A DNA stretch of 64,000 bases, from contig CABUKE010000003.1 in NCBI GenBank assembly GCA_902492065.1, forward strand, positions 1,942 through 65,941, written 5' to 3'. This stretch comes from an uncultured Eubacteriales bacterium. GTDB taxonomy: Bacteria > Bacillota > Clostridia > UBA1381 > UMGS1253. Both the position numbers and the translations under genes were made by a program. How positions within the stretch are numbered: the stretch's first letter is position 1; each line of letters begins with the position of its first letter. Under the pieces are notes generated by a model. The model worked only from the letters and a program-made list of their open reading frames with translations, ran no database searches and was not told the origin of the DNA. This document shows, piece after piece, positions 26,798-36,010 of this stretch.

Positions 26798-26881
26798 CGT
26801 TTCTCCCCCTTCCTTTCCTTCAGTCCCATTGTATCATACAGCTCACGGAAAGTAAACCGCAAAAATTTTTTCAAAATTGTA

Positions 26882-26910
26882 TTGACATAGGCATACATAG
26901 GTGTTATATT
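26882..26910 (+). promoter_or_regulatory. Sigma-A promoter of the GntR-ABC operon
   Basis: TTGACA-17 nt-TATATT. Confidence 0.7.
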
Positions 26911-26931
26911 GTATATATAAGATATATACAA
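26909..26931. promoter_or_regulatory. Perfect 10-3-10 palindrome; probable GntR (YtrA-type) operator
   Basis: ttgtatatat-aag-atatatacaa overlaps the -10 element and predicted transcription start, immediately upstream of the GntR gene. Confidence 0.6.
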
Positions 26932-26947
26932 TATGTGAGGTGATCGG

Positions 26948-27322
26948 ATGGATATTATCATTAGCAATTCCAGCGATAAGCCGATTTACGAGCAGATCAC
27001 GTCCCAAATCAAAAACATGATTCTGACCGGCACGCTGCGGGAGGGTGCTCCCCTGCCGTCCATGCGCCTGCTTGCAAAAGAGCTGCGCATCAGCGTTATC
27101 ACGACAAAGCGCGCGTATGAGGACCTTGAGCGCGACGGCTTCATTGAAACCGTTGTCGGCAAGGGCAGCTTTGTCGCAAAGAAAAACGCGCAGTTTGTGC
27201 GCGAGGAAATCCTCAAGGTTGCGCAGGAACATATCAGGCAGGCGGTCGACGCGGCAAAGTCTGGCGGAATCACAGCCGAAGAGCTGCACGAAATGCTCGA
27301 TATTTTATATGAAGACGTATAA
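26948..27322 (+). CDS. GntR family transcriptional regulator, YtrA subfamily
   Basis: 124 aa. The winged HTH (PIYEQITSQIKNMILTGTLREGAPLPSMRLLAKELRISVITTKRAYEDLERDGFI) is followed by a short C-terminal helical tail. Confidence 0.9.
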   Translation: MDIIISNSSDKPIYEQITSQIKNMILTGTLREGAPLPSMRLLAKELRISVITTKRAYEDLERDGFIETVVGKGSFVAKKNAQFVREEILKVAQEHIRQAVDAAKSGGITAEELHEMLDILYEDV

Positions 27323-27337
27323 CAGGAGGAATGAAAA

Positions 27338-28198
27338 ATGGAAACGATTTTGCAGCTTGAAAACCTGACAAAACAGTATAAAAATTTTACGTTAGATGCG
27401 CTCACGCTTGCCATCCCCTGCGGCTCCATTGTCGGCCTTGTCGGGGAGAACGGCGCGGGCAAGACCACGACGATTAAGCTGATTTTGAATCACATTCACC
27501 GTGACGGCGGTAAAATCAATGTATTCGGACTCGACAACCTTACCCACGAAGCAGAAATCAAGGATCGAATCGGCGTAGTGCTTGGCGAGAGCAACTTCCA
27601 TGAGCACTTCACAGCAAAGAATGTCAACTCTATCCTGAAAAACATATATTCCAGATGGGACAGCGACAGCTTTTTCTCCTATCTTACTCGGTTTGAAGTG
27701 CCAAAGGATAAGAAGCTCAAGGACATGTCCAAGGGCATGAAGGTCAAACTCTCGATTGCGTCCGCCCTGTCCCATGCGCCGGAGCTGCTCATCCTCGACG
27801 AAGCGACCAGCGGTCTCGACCCGGTTGTACGCAGCGAAATACTGGATATCTTTTTGGAATTTATCCAGGATGAGCACAAAAGCATTCTGTTTTCGTCGCA
27901 CATCACCGGCGATTTGGAGAAAATAGCCGACTATATCGCCTTTCTGCACAAGGGCAGGCTCGTCTTTTCCAAGTCGAAGGACGATATTCTGTATGGATAC
28001 GGAATTGCAAAATGCGGAGAGGCGGAGTTTAACTCGCTTGATAAGGCGGACGTTCTCGCCTACCGCAAGGGCAAGTTTGGCTACGAGGCGCTGCTCAGCG
28101 ACGCAAGCCTTGCACGCGCAAAATATACCGGGCTTTGCATCGACCGCCCGACCATTGAGGAAATCATGACGCTGTATGTCCGCGGAACGCGGCAGTAA
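27338..28198 (+). CDS. ABC transporter ATP-binding protein
   Basis: Walker A GENGAGKTT, signature MSKGMKVKL and Walker B LLILDEATSGLD. Confidence 0.9.
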   Translation: METILQLENLTKQYKNFTLDALTLAIPCGSIVGLVGENGAGKTTTIKLILNHIHRDGGKINVFGLDNLTHEAEIKDRIGVVLGESNFHEHFTAKNVNSILKNIYSRWDSDSFFSYLTRFEVPKDKKLKDMSKGMKVKLSIASALSHAPELLILDEATSGLDPVVRSEILDIFLEFIQDEHKSILFSSHITGDLEKIADYIAFLHKGRLVFSKSKDDILYGYGIAKCGEAEFNSLDKADVLAYRKGKFGYEALLSDASLARAKYTGLCIDRPTIEEIMTLYVRGTRQ

Positions 28199-28226
28199 AC
28201 CATTGTTAATCAAGGAGGACTTTAAC

Positions 28227-28898
28227 ATGAAAGGTTTGATATTAAAAGATTTTTACAGCCTGAAAATATATGTCAAGACATTATTTCTCATGGTCGTGAT
28301 TTACGCCCTGCTCGGTTACTTCTCCGGCAGTTCGACCATGTTGACCAGCCTGGTCGCCGTTTTCTCCATGATTTTGCCCATTACAAGTTTTACGTACGAT
28401 AAATACTACAAATGGGAGGAATATGCGCTCTCCCTTCCGCTGCGCCGCAGCCAGATTGTGTTGGCAAAGTATATTTTTACAGCCTTGATTTTGTTGTTTG
28501 CCTTCGTGCTGACGGTGCTGCTGTCCGTCATAACAACCTATTTTTATAGCTTTATGCTCTCATCCCAGCAGCTTTGGGAAATTGCAGCGACAAATTACTA
28601 CACTGTGGGCATTCTTCTCCTGCTGCCTGCCATCCTTCTGCCTGTGATGTTCCGCTTTGGGCCGGACAAGGGTCGCGTCGCACTCTTTGTTGTGCTGGGC
28701 GCGTTCAGCTTGCTCGCCGTTGCGGCCGCACAGTTTGTGCCGCAGTTGATACCTGGCGTTGCACAGGCGGTTACAGATACGCTCTCCAATGAGCGGGCAG
28801 TGATTGCAGTGCTGAACGTATTGCCGCTTATCACGCTGCTGCTGTTCGTCCTTTCTTACTTCTTATCATGCAAATTCTACCAGAAGCGTGAGCTTTAA
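28227..28898 (+). CDS. ABC-2 type transporter permease
   Basis: About 223 aa with six TM helices. N-terminus MKGLILKDFYSLK is typical of ABC-2 permeases in YtrA-type operons. RBS aaggagga lies 7 nt upstream of ATG 28227. Confidence 0.75.
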   Translation: MKGLILKDFYSLKIYVKTLFLMVVIYALLGYFSGSSTMLTSLVAVFSMILPITSFTYDKYYKWEEYALSLPLRRSQIVLAKYIFTALILLFAFVLTVLLSVITTYFYSFMLSSQQLWEIAATNYYTVGILLLLPAILLPVMFRFGPDKGRVALFVVLGAFSLLAVAAAQFVPQLIPGVAQAVTDTLSNERAVIAVLNVLPLITLLLFVLSYFLSCKFYQKREL

Positions 28899-28904
28899 TG
28901 CAGG

Positions 28905-28934
28905 GCTGCCTCCCAAACGGAGGCAGCTTTTTTT
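28905..28934 (+). terminator. Rho-independent terminator
   Basis: Stem gctgcctcc/ggaggcagc with loop caaac, followed by T7. Confidence 0.85.
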
Positions 28935-29031
28935 ATATGTCATGCAGGATTTACAAATATACCGATTTGTGGTATGATTAATGCATCGCCGGTACAGCCG
29001 GAATCTGAAAAATGGAAATTGAGGATGAACC

Positions 29032-30930
29032 ATGATTGTATTAAGCGCATCAAAACTGAATAAAGCATTTGTAGAGGACATTGTGTTTGAGGACGTTTCG
29101 TTTCATATAGAGGACCGTGACAAAATCGGCTTTGTGGGGGTAAATGGCGCAGGTAAAACGACGCTTTTTAAGTCGCTTTTGCAGCCGTCCTACGCAGACA
29201 GCGGCGAGGTGTTCACCAATAAGGAAACCGTAATTGGCTACATGCAGCAGCATGCGGACATCACATCGGATAAGACGGTGTGGGAAGAGCTGATGACCGT
29301 ATACGCCGACATGCTTGGACTGGAAGAAGAATTGGATGCGGTTGCACGACGAATCGAGGATGGGGCGGGCGATTTGAACGCACTTATCGAGCGGCAGGCC
29401 GCTCTGCTTGAGCGGTTTGAGCGGCGCGGCGGCTACCTGTATAAAAACATTGCAAAGTCGAGCCTGATAGGGCTTGGGTTTGCGGAGGAGGATCTGCATA
29501 AACCGTTTGAGACGCTCTCCGGCGGGCAAAAGACGCGCGTCCTTTTGTGTAAAATCCTTTTAAGCGACGCAAACCTGCTCCTGCTCGACGAGCCGACCAA
29601 CCACTTAGACATTGCGTCGGTCGAATGGCTCGAAAATTTTCTGCGCGACTACAATGGCGCGTTTGTCATCATCTCGCATGACCGTTACTTCTTAGACCGT
29701 GTCACGAACAAAACCTTTGAGCTGGAAAACCGAAAGCTGACCGTCTATAACGGAAACTATACGCGCTACCTCTCCTTAAAAGAGGAGGCCCGACTTGCAA
29801 AGCAACGCCAATACGACAACACAAAGCGCGAAATTGACCGAATTGAGGGAATCATCGAGCAGCAAAAGCGATGGAACCAAGAGCGGAACTACAAGACGAT
29901 TGCAAGCAAACAGAAAGAAATTGACCGGCTGGAGCAAACGCTCGACGCGCCGGAGCGTGAGCCGGACAAGCTCCGGTTCCAGTTTCATATTAACACAGTC
30001 GGCGGCAACGACGTGCTGCGGTGCAATTCGCTTGCCATGGCATATGGAATCAAGAAAATTTTCTCCGGCGTGGAGTTGGATATCAAGAAAAAAGAGCACG
30101 TATTCCTGCTTGGGGAGAATGGCTGTGGAAAGACGACACTCTTTAAGCTGCTGACCGGCGATTTGCGCCCCATCGACGGAGAAATCCACTTTGGCGCTGG
30201 CGTGCAGGTCGGCTATTACGACCAAGCACAAGAGAACCTGCACGAAGAAAAAACCGTGCTCGACGAAGTGTACGACACCTATCCGACGATGTCGCTCACA
30301 GAGGTACGCAATGCGCTCGGCGCGTTTTTGTTCTATGGCGACGACGTATTCAAGCCGATTTCCGCCTTATCGGGCGGCGAGCGGGCAAAGGTTTCGCTTT
30401 TAAAGCTGATGCTATCGGGAGCAAATTTGCTCCTGCTCGACGAGCCGACCAACCACTTAGATATCAGCTCGCGCGAGGCATTGGAGGATGCACTCCTGCA
30501 CTACGAGGGTACGTTGTTTATCGTGTCACACGACCGTTACTTTATTAATAAGATTGCCGACCGGATTTTGTATATGCAAAATCATGGATTGACGAATTAT
30601 GTCGGCAATTACGATTACTTTTTGGAAAAATTCAAAGGCGTTGAAACGGAAAAGACGGCCGCCAAATCCTCAAACAAAGAAACATATCAGGAACAGAAGC
30701 GGCGCGAGGCCGAAAAGCGCAAAACGGCTAACCGCTTTAAGCGGGTGGAGGAACAAATTGCACAGCTCGAGGAGGAAATTCGCCAGCAGGAGGAATTGCT
30801 CCTGTCGGATGAGTATGCAACCGACCATATCAAGGCAACGGCGTTGCTCGAGCAGGTGCAGGAACAAAAAGGCAAGCTTGAGCAGTTATATGCAGAATGG
30901 GAAACGCTTGCAGAATTGGTGGAAGAATAA
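29032..30930 (+). CDS. ABC-F family ATPase (translation-factor type, two ABC domains plus C-terminal coiled coil)
   Basis: 632 aa. Two Walker A motifs (GVNGAGKTT; GENGCGKTT), two signatures (LSGGQKTR; LSGGERAK), an inter-domain linker and a Lys/Glu-rich C-terminal coiled coil. No TM domain. Confidence 0.9.
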   Translation: MIVLSASKLNKAFVEDIVFEDVSFHIEDRDKIGFVGVNGAGKTTLFKSLLQPSYADSGEVFTNKETVIGYMQQHADITSDKTVWEELMTVYADMLGLEEELDAVARRIEDGAGDLNALIERQAALLERFERRGGYLYKNIAKSSLIGLGFAEEDLHKPFETLSGGQKTRVLLCKILLSDANLLLLDEPTNHLDIASVEWLENFLRDYNGAFVIISHDRYFLDRVTNKTFELENRKLTVYNGNYTRYLSLKEEARLAKQRQYDNTKREIDRIEGIIEQQKRWNQERNYKTIASKQKEIDRLEQTLDAPEREPDKLRFQFHINTVGGNDVLRCNSLAMAYGIKKIFSGVELDIKKKEHVFLLGENGCGKTTLFKLLTGDLRPIDGEIHFGAGVQVGYYDQAQENLHEEKTVLDEVYDTYPTMSLTEVRNALGAFLFYGDDVFKPISALSGGERAKVSLLKLMLSGANLLLLDEPTNHLDISSREALEDALLHYEGTLFIVSHDRYFINKIADRILYMQNHGLTNYVGNYDYFLEKFKGVETEKTAAKSSNKETYQEQKRREAEKRKTANRFKRVEEQIAQLEEEIRQQEELLLSDEYATDHIKATALLEQVQEQKGKLEQLYAEWETLAELVEE

Positions 30931-30964
30931 AAAAGCCGCCTCCTACTTATAGGAGGCGGCTTTC
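30931..30964. terminator. Bidirectional terminator between convergent genes
   Basis: Stem gccgcctcct/aggaggcggc with loop acttat, flanked by A-run and T-run. Confidence 0.85.
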
Positions 30965-30971
30965 ACATTTA

Positions 30972-31556
30972 TTATTTCATTTGTTCTTCAACGTACATAT
31001 AAAGATTATTTTCTCCCGAAATAACCTCCTGTTCCAGTTGGTTTTCCGGGTTAAACGCTGCGATATCACTGTTTTCCGCGTTTAATTGCTCTATTCCGGT
31101 ATTTTTGAGCTTAAACATCCCCTGATAACCGCCTACCGGGGAGCGGTGTCCCAGATTATCCTTTTCGCTGAGCAGGAATAAAAACGTGTCGCCAACCGTT
31201 GGAATAACAATTTCTTTTACTTTATACTCTGTGTTGTTTAACACACCGCCGGTGAATAATACTTTAATATCGTCTTCCGGGTTTCCCTTTATAACTTCTG
31301 CCGTATCGAGCGAAGCCTCTGTAAATACCAAACCATTGTATTCATACGTATCCGTTGCGCATACTGTCCCTAATACGGCACAATCCGCGGCGCTGTATAC
31401 CTCTGAAAAGGTCTCGTATTTTGCGTTCCAGTCTAAGGAATAGGTAACGGTTTCCCTTTGATTAATAAACTGTGCGAAAATAACGACTGCCGCAGCAACG
31501 CATAGAATAACGACAATAGAAATCGCAATAACGAATGTTTTCTTTGTTCCTGTCAT
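30972..31556 (-). CDS. Hypothetical membrane-anchored extracytoplasmic protein
   Basis: 194 aa with one N-terminal TM helix (FVIAISIVVILCVAAAVVIFAQF) and a soluble domain. I recognise no motif. Confidence 0.55.
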   Translation of the reverse strand: MTGTKKTFVIAISIVVILCVAAAVVIFAQFINQRETVTYSLDWNAKYETFSEVYSAADCAVLGTVCATDTYEYNGLVFTEASLDTAEVIKGNPEDDIKVLFTGGVLNNTEYKVKEIVIPTVGDTFLFLLSEKDNLGHRSPVGGYQGMFKLKNTGIEQLNAENSDIAAFNPENQLEQEVISGENNLYMYVEEQMK

Positions 31557-31638
31557 ACTGTAGCCTCCCTTCTTATAAGCGGTTACTCCTGTTGCATCCT
31601 ATTGTGATACAGCAAGAATAGCCTATATGATACCAGAG

Positions 31639-32079
31639 TTAATTTATAAAAAAGATATAATCCGTATCATTTCCCTTCGATACCTCGGAAACGACACCGC
31701 CGAGTTTTTTATACAGCGCGTTTGCTCCGGAATTGTTCTGATAAGCCGACAAAAAGTAGCGGGAAATGCTCCGGCTTTTGCAAGCCTCCTTTAACTCAGT
31801 CATCATTTTGTAGCCCACCCCCTGCCGCTGATACGACTCCATCACGCCGACTTCGTGGATATAGAGCATGTTTCCAGCGTGGTCTAAGCGTTGCAGCTCA
31901 TAACCATAAGCAAATCCAATTATTACACCGCCGCATACGGCCCCGAAAATCCAATTCTTTTCATCTTGCAGGAAGGTTATCGCGCTGTCGTAACAGATAA
32001 ATCCCTCTCTGAAATATTTGTTCATATCCATGACCATTTCTATATCGTTTTGCGTTAGCTTTCGGCAAATATATTCCAT
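31639..32079 (-). CDS. GNAT family N-acetyltransferase
   Basis: 146 aa with the acetyl-CoA-binding motif QRQGVGYKMM. Confidence 0.85.
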   Translation of the reverse strand: MEYICRKLTQNDIEMVMDMNKYFREGFICYDSAITFLQDEKNWIFGAVCGGVIIGFAYGYELQRLDHAGNMLYIHEVGVMESYQRQGVGYKMMTELKEACKSRSISRYFLSAYQNNSGANALYKKLGGVVSEVSKGNDTDYIFFIN

Positions 32080-32098
32080 ATGCTTTCCCTCCTATCCT

Positions 32099-32875
32099 TC
32101 ACGACCCGGTTGACTTATAATGCCGCACGCCAATCCTCCACACAAGCAGGCATGGAATCAAAAACAACCATGCCGCGAGCGGCAGAACCATATACCAGGG
32201 GTTGTCGCTCTGTCCAATCAAATATAAAAACGGATAATACTGAAACAGCGCAAACGGGATGACATAGGTACAGAACTTCAGCACGCCGCTGCCGTAGACG
32301 GATATGGGATACTTACCAAATTCCCGCGCGCCGTCAGTAAAGATATTCATGACCTCCAGCCCTTCCGTTGTAAAAAAACAAATCGCAGCGTACAAAATAA
32401 ACAACCCCGCGAACAAAACAAACCCGGACACAATCATCAGCACGAGCGTGAGTACCTTATCCCCCGTCCAGACAACGCCGCTTGCCGGAATCGCATAAGC
32501 AAAGACAATAAACGCCTGCAAAAGCCGTCCCAATCTCGTAAACTCAATCTTTGTTGCAAGTACCTGAAAGATTTCGTTGCGCGGACGGACCATAATCCGG
32601 TCGAATTCCCCATTGGATATAATGGACGAAAACAGGTCAAATCCGCGGATAAAGCATTCCGCGAGCGAATACGACAGCGTAACCACGCCAAAACACAGCA
32701 GTACCTCGCTGAACGTAAACCCCTCCACACTGTTGAACCGTGCAAACATGAAATATATCACCAAAAAGGCCGAAAACGACGTGAGAAACTGGCCCAAAAG
32801 CGTCAGAAAAAACGACGTTTTGTACTGCATCTGACTTTTTAAATGGATAGAAAAATATTTGAAATAGAGCCGCAT
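32099..32875 (-). CDS. ABC-2 family transporter permease (COG3694-like)
   Basis: Polytopic membrane protein. Start trimmed to MRLYFKYFSIHLK (ATG 32875), directly after the stop of the upstream permease. Confidence 0.72.
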   Translation of the reverse strand: MRLYFKYFSIHLKSQMQYKTSFFLTLLGQFLTSFSAFLVIYFMFARFNSVEGFTFSEVLLCFGVVTLSYSLAECFIRGFDLFSSIISNGEFDRIMVRPRNEIFQVLATKIEFTRLGRLLQAFIVFAYAIPASGVVWTGDKVLTLVLMIVSGFVLFAGLFILYAAICFFTTEGLEVMNIFTDGAREFGKYPISVYGSGVLKFCTYVIPFALFQYYPFLYLIGQSDNPWYMVLPLAAWLFLIPCLLVWRIGVRHYKSTGS

Positions 32876-32877
32876 TT

Positions 32878-33681
32878 TTATCCCCCCTGTACAATCACTT
32901 TTTTGACCGCCTGTTTCATCCATACCTTTCCAATCAGCACGAGCGCCGCCGCCCAGAAGAGCTGGAGCGCCACGCTCCAGACAAGCTCCTCCCCGCTGAT
33001 ATTACCGCTGTACACGCGAAGTGGGATGTTTTGCATAGCTGCAAACGGCGTTAGCTCAAATACCGTGCGGATACCATTCGGCAAAAACGGCAGAGGAATC
33101 AGCGCGCCGGTAAAGATGTCCGCCAGCGAAATTGCAACCACCCGAATACCGAGCGGATTTAGCGTGTAAAAAGTCGCAGTATAAATAAGCATGCCAAACG
33201 CAATCACCACAACAAACCCCAGCGCCATCGTAAGGCAAAACATAAGAAACGTCACCGCGTCCGGCGGCAGGGAAATCCCATACGGCTGCGGAAGAAAAAA
33301 AGCTACAATTAAAACCGGAACACAGCGCAGCACCGCCTTTGAGAGCCGTATCGCCACGTTTTTTACGAACCACATATTGTACAAATCCATCGGCCGCGCC
33401 AGCTCGTAGGCTACGCTTCCGCTCGTGATGGCGTCAAAGATGGAGCCGTCGAAAAACCATGTCATAAACAGGGCCAAAAACGCCTGCTGGAGCCAAATGT
33501 AGGACGAAAACTGGGAAAATTCCATCGGAAAAGCCGACGGATCCGCACGGTAAAATGCAGAAAAGGCCAACAATTCCAAAAAGCCCCATGCAAACTGCGT
33601 TGCAACGCCGGCGAGGGCCGCCGCGCGGTATTGCAATCCGTTGATAAAGCGAATCCTAAAAAAACTTATATATTTTTTCAT
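32878..33681 (-). CDS. ABC-2 family transporter permease (COG4587-like)
   Basis: 267-aa polytopic protein that overlaps the ATPase stop by 4 nt. Confidence 0.72.
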   Translation of the reverse strand: MKKYISFFRIRFINGLQYRAAALAGVATQFAWGFLELLAFSAFYRADPSAFPMEFSQFSSYIWLQQAFLALFMTWFFDGSIFDAITSGSVAYELARPMDLYNMWFVKNVAIRLSKAVLRCVPVLIVAFFLPQPYGISLPPDAVTFLMFCLTMALGFVVVIAFGMLIYTATFYTLNPLGIRVVAISLADIFTGALIPLPFLPNGIRTVFELTPFAAMQNIPLRVYSGNISGEELVWSVALQLFWAAALVLIGKVWMKQAVKKVIVQGG

Positions 33682-34652
33682 ATCGCAAACTCCTTATACA
33701 AAGACACGACCATCTCCTCCGCCGTCGCACCCGATACGGAGAGGTCTGTCACCTCCATCCCCTGTGACAGATGCGCAATCGCGTCAGAGACGGATATCAC
33801 ATCCGTATCAACAATTATGGTCGCGCGTCCGCCGATGTCCTCCGTTACGGTAATCCCGGCGCAGCCTGCGTTCCACGCACCGTTGTACGATACGAACAGC
33901 GTCTTCTGTTTGTTGTTGCGCTGTTTCAGCTCAGAAAGCGGGCCGTCGAGCAGAATCCTCCCCTTCCCAATCAGCAAAATCCGCTCGGTCAGTGCCTCAA
34001 TGTCCGCCATGTCGTGCGTTGTGAGAATGACCGTTGTGCCGCGCTGTTTGTTGACCTGCTTAATAAACTCACGCACCGCAATCTTCGACACCGCGTCAAG
34101 GCCAATCGTCGGTTCGTCCAAAAACAGCACCTTCGGGTCGTGCAGGAGCGAGGCCGTAATCTCACAGCGCATCCGCTGGCCGAGACTGAGCTGGCGCGCC
34201 GGCGTTCGGATGATCTCCCCAATGTCGAGCATAGTAACCAGTTCGTCGAGGTTGCGCCTGTATACCGTTTCCTCGACCTTGTAAATATCGCGGAGCAGCT
34301 CGAACGAGTCAATGACCGGCACATCCCACCAAAGCTGCGACCGCTGGCCGAACACAACGCCGACCTGTCGCACATGCTCGACCCGGTTCTTCCACGGCGT
34401 CAGCCCATTAATGCGGCACGTACCGCTGTCCGGCGTGAGGATACCGCTCATAACCTTAATCGTGCTGCTCTTCCCCGCCCCGTTCGGCCCGATATAGCCG
34501 ACCATCTCGCCTTCGCCGATTGTGAACGATACATTATCGAGCGCGTGCAGATAGGTGTACTCCTTGTGGAACAGCGCCTTAACCGCCTGCGAAAACCCTG
34601 CATTGCGCTTCGCCGTTTTAAAGGTCTTGTTGATGTTTCTCAGTTCAATCAT
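33678..34652 (-). CDS. ABC transporter ATP-binding protein (COG4586-like)
   Basis: Start trimmed to MIELRNINKTFK (ATG 34652; RBS GGAGGG 6 nt upstream). Walker A GPNGAGKSS, signature LSLGQRMR and Walker B VLFLDEPTIGLD. Confidence 0.85.
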   Translation of the reverse strand: MIELRNINKTFKTAKRNAGFSQAVKALFHKEYTYLHALDNVSFTIGEGEMVGYIGPNGAGKSSTIKVMSGILTPDSGTCRINGLTPWKNRVEHVRQVGVVFGQRSQLWWDVPVIDSFELLRDIYKVEETVYRRNLDELVTMLDIGEIIRTPARQLSLGQRMRCEITASLLHDPKVLFLDEPTIGLDAVSKIAVREFIKQVNKQRGTTVILTTHDMADIEALTERILLIGKGRILLDGPLSELKQRNNKQKTLFVSYNGAWNAGCAGITVTEDIGGRATIIVDTDVISVSDAIAHLSQGMEVTDLSVSGATAEEMVVSLYKEFAI

Positions 34653-34797
34653 CCATATCCCTCCTTTATTTACACTCATGCTTCCACCGTGCCTGTTATC
34701 CGCGCACGGCAAATACCCGCTTTTCACGAAAGGGATACCCCTGCGCGCCAAGCGGTTTTCGGTTTCTTTTTTATGTACATAAAAAGTAAATATAGCA
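34653..34797 (-). promoter_or_regulatory. Extended -10 promoter plus a structured 5' leader of about 130 nt for the ABC-2 operon
   Basis: Minus strand TGcTATATT at 34797-34789. The leader contains hairpins ccgctt...aagcgg (34717-34755) and ccgtgc...gcacgg (34687-34709), with a possible alternative pairing cgcgca/tgcgcg. No Rfam class recognised. Confidence 0.35.
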
Positions 34798-34943
34798 TAA
34801 CATAAAAACTCCGGCATGTATACGCTTTCTGAAATTTGTAACAGAAATGAAAACCAACCGTTTTTGATTCCAGATTGGTATATTTCTTCCAGCTTTGCGG
34901 ATACTACCAAATGCAAACCAAATTATAAAACGGAGGGATTTCC

Positions 34944-35540
34944 ATGGCGGTTGATTTTAAAACCAGCGAAACAGCAAAAAACCTGATGCGCGCTTTTGCG
35001 GGCGAAAGCCAAGCGCGTAACCGGTACACCTTCGCCGCATCACAGGCGAAAAAGCAGAAGCTGCATGTCATTGAGGCCATTTTCACCTTTACGGCAAACC
35101 AAGAAAAAGAACATGCTGAGATTTTCTTTAACCATTTGCAGGAGCTGCTTGGGCAGACGATTCAGATCGACGGCACCTACCCGGTAGAACCATACGACGA
35201 GGTGCCAAAGCTTCTGCGCAGCGCGCAGCACAACGAATACGAAGAACATGACCCGGTCTATAAAACATTCGGCAACATCGCCCAGCAGGAGGGCTTCCCC
35301 AAAATTGCAAATTCATTTCACATGATTGCCGAAATCGAAAAGACGCACGGCGACCGCTTCCGTACCTTTGCCGACATGCTTGAGCAGAACAAGCTCTTTA
35401 TCTCCGATGTGGAAACGGGCTGGATGTGCCTCAACTGCGGCTATGTCCATACCGGCACAAAAGCGCCGAACCTCTGCCCGGTCTGCAACCATGAACAGGG
35501 CTATTTCATTAAACTTGAACTGGCGCCGTTCCAGTGCTGA
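34944..35540 (+). CDS. rbr: Rubrerythrin
   Basis: 198 aa. N-terminal ferritin-like diiron domain (TAKNLMRAFAGESQARNRYTF...EKEHAEIF) and a C-terminal rubredoxin-like CLNCG...CPVCNHEQGYF. Confidence 0.9.
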   Translation: MAVDFKTSETAKNLMRAFAGESQARNRYTFAASQAKKQKLHVIEAIFTFTANQEKEHAEIFFNHLQELLGQTIQIDGTYPVEPYDEVPKLLRSAQHNEYEEHDPVYKTFGNIAQQEGFPKIANSFHMIAEIEKTHGDRFRTFADMLEQNKLFISDVETGWMCLNCGYVHTGTKAPNLCPVCNHEQGYFIKLELAPFQC

Positions 35541-35559
35541 GAAAGGAGAGTAATGTAAT

Positions 35560-35961
35560 ATGTTTGGAAAAGAAGAACCCGTTTTCTTTGCGAGCAATCA
35601 CTGTGACCATATCATCGAGGTGATTCGCGGCGGAAAAAAGGCGGAGCACGTCACCTGCTGCGGCGAGGAGCTATCCAAGCTGCTGGTGAAGGACACGGAA
35701 GAACTTGCAGAAAAGCACCTGCCAGTGATACAGCAGGAAAAAAACAAAGTCACCGTCGCAGTCGGGAGTATCTATCATCCCATGGAGGAAAAGCATAGCA
35801 TTGGATTTGTATACCTGAAGACAAAAAAGGGCTGCCAGCGCGTCGATTTGTCGCATACAGATAAGCCAGTCGTTGAGTTTTATCTTGCCGAGGACGATAA
35901 GCCAATCGCCGCATACGCATTTTGCAATTTGCATGGCTTCTGGAAAACGGACGTAAAATAA
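35560..35961 (+). CDS. Desulfoferrodoxin-family superoxide reductase (N-terminal centre I probably degenerate)
   Basis: 133 aa. SOR core EKHLPVI...HPMEEKHSIGFVYL...FCNLHGFWKTDV. The N-terminal domain keeps VTCCGEEL, but the usual first CxxC reads NHCDH. Confidence 0.8.
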   Translation: MFGKEEPVFFASNHCDHIIEVIRGGKKAEHVTCCGEELSKLLVKDTEELAEKHLPVIQQEKNKVTVAVGSIYHPMEEKHSIGFVYLKTKKGCQRVDLSHTDKPVVEFYLAEDDKPIAAYAFCNLHGFWKTDVK

Positions 35962-35965
35962 ACAA

Positions 35966-35990
35966 AAACCGCCGCAGGGCGGTTTTTTTC
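35966..35990 (+). terminator. Rho-independent terminator
   Basis: Stem accgcc/ggcggt with loop gcag, followed by T7. Confidence 0.8.
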
Positions 35991-36010
35991 TTTCCTTTTT
36001 TCGATTTCTG

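Noticed and set aside
29032-30930. ABC-F protein considered as an antibiotic-resistance (ARE) determinant with a ribosome-stalling leader
   Set aside because: The upstream region is short, about 60 nt after a TTACAA/TATGAT promoter, and I could not find a leader peptide or an attenuator hairpin. The long C-terminal coiled coil looks like the housekeeping YdiF/Uup type. ARE status cannot be decided without a phylogeny.
33678-34916. 5' extensions of several track ORFs (33678..34916, 32099..32923, 39490..41094, 43890..44618, 44661..45173, 45731..47671, 48128..49402, 38801..39445, 55867..56775)
   Set aside because: In each case an internal ATG or GTG has a strong GGAGG-type RBS at 5-10 nt and coincides with the family-typical N-terminus. 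The upstream extension is junk-like and often overlaps the neighbouring gene or a promoter. The trimmed coordinates are given in the features.
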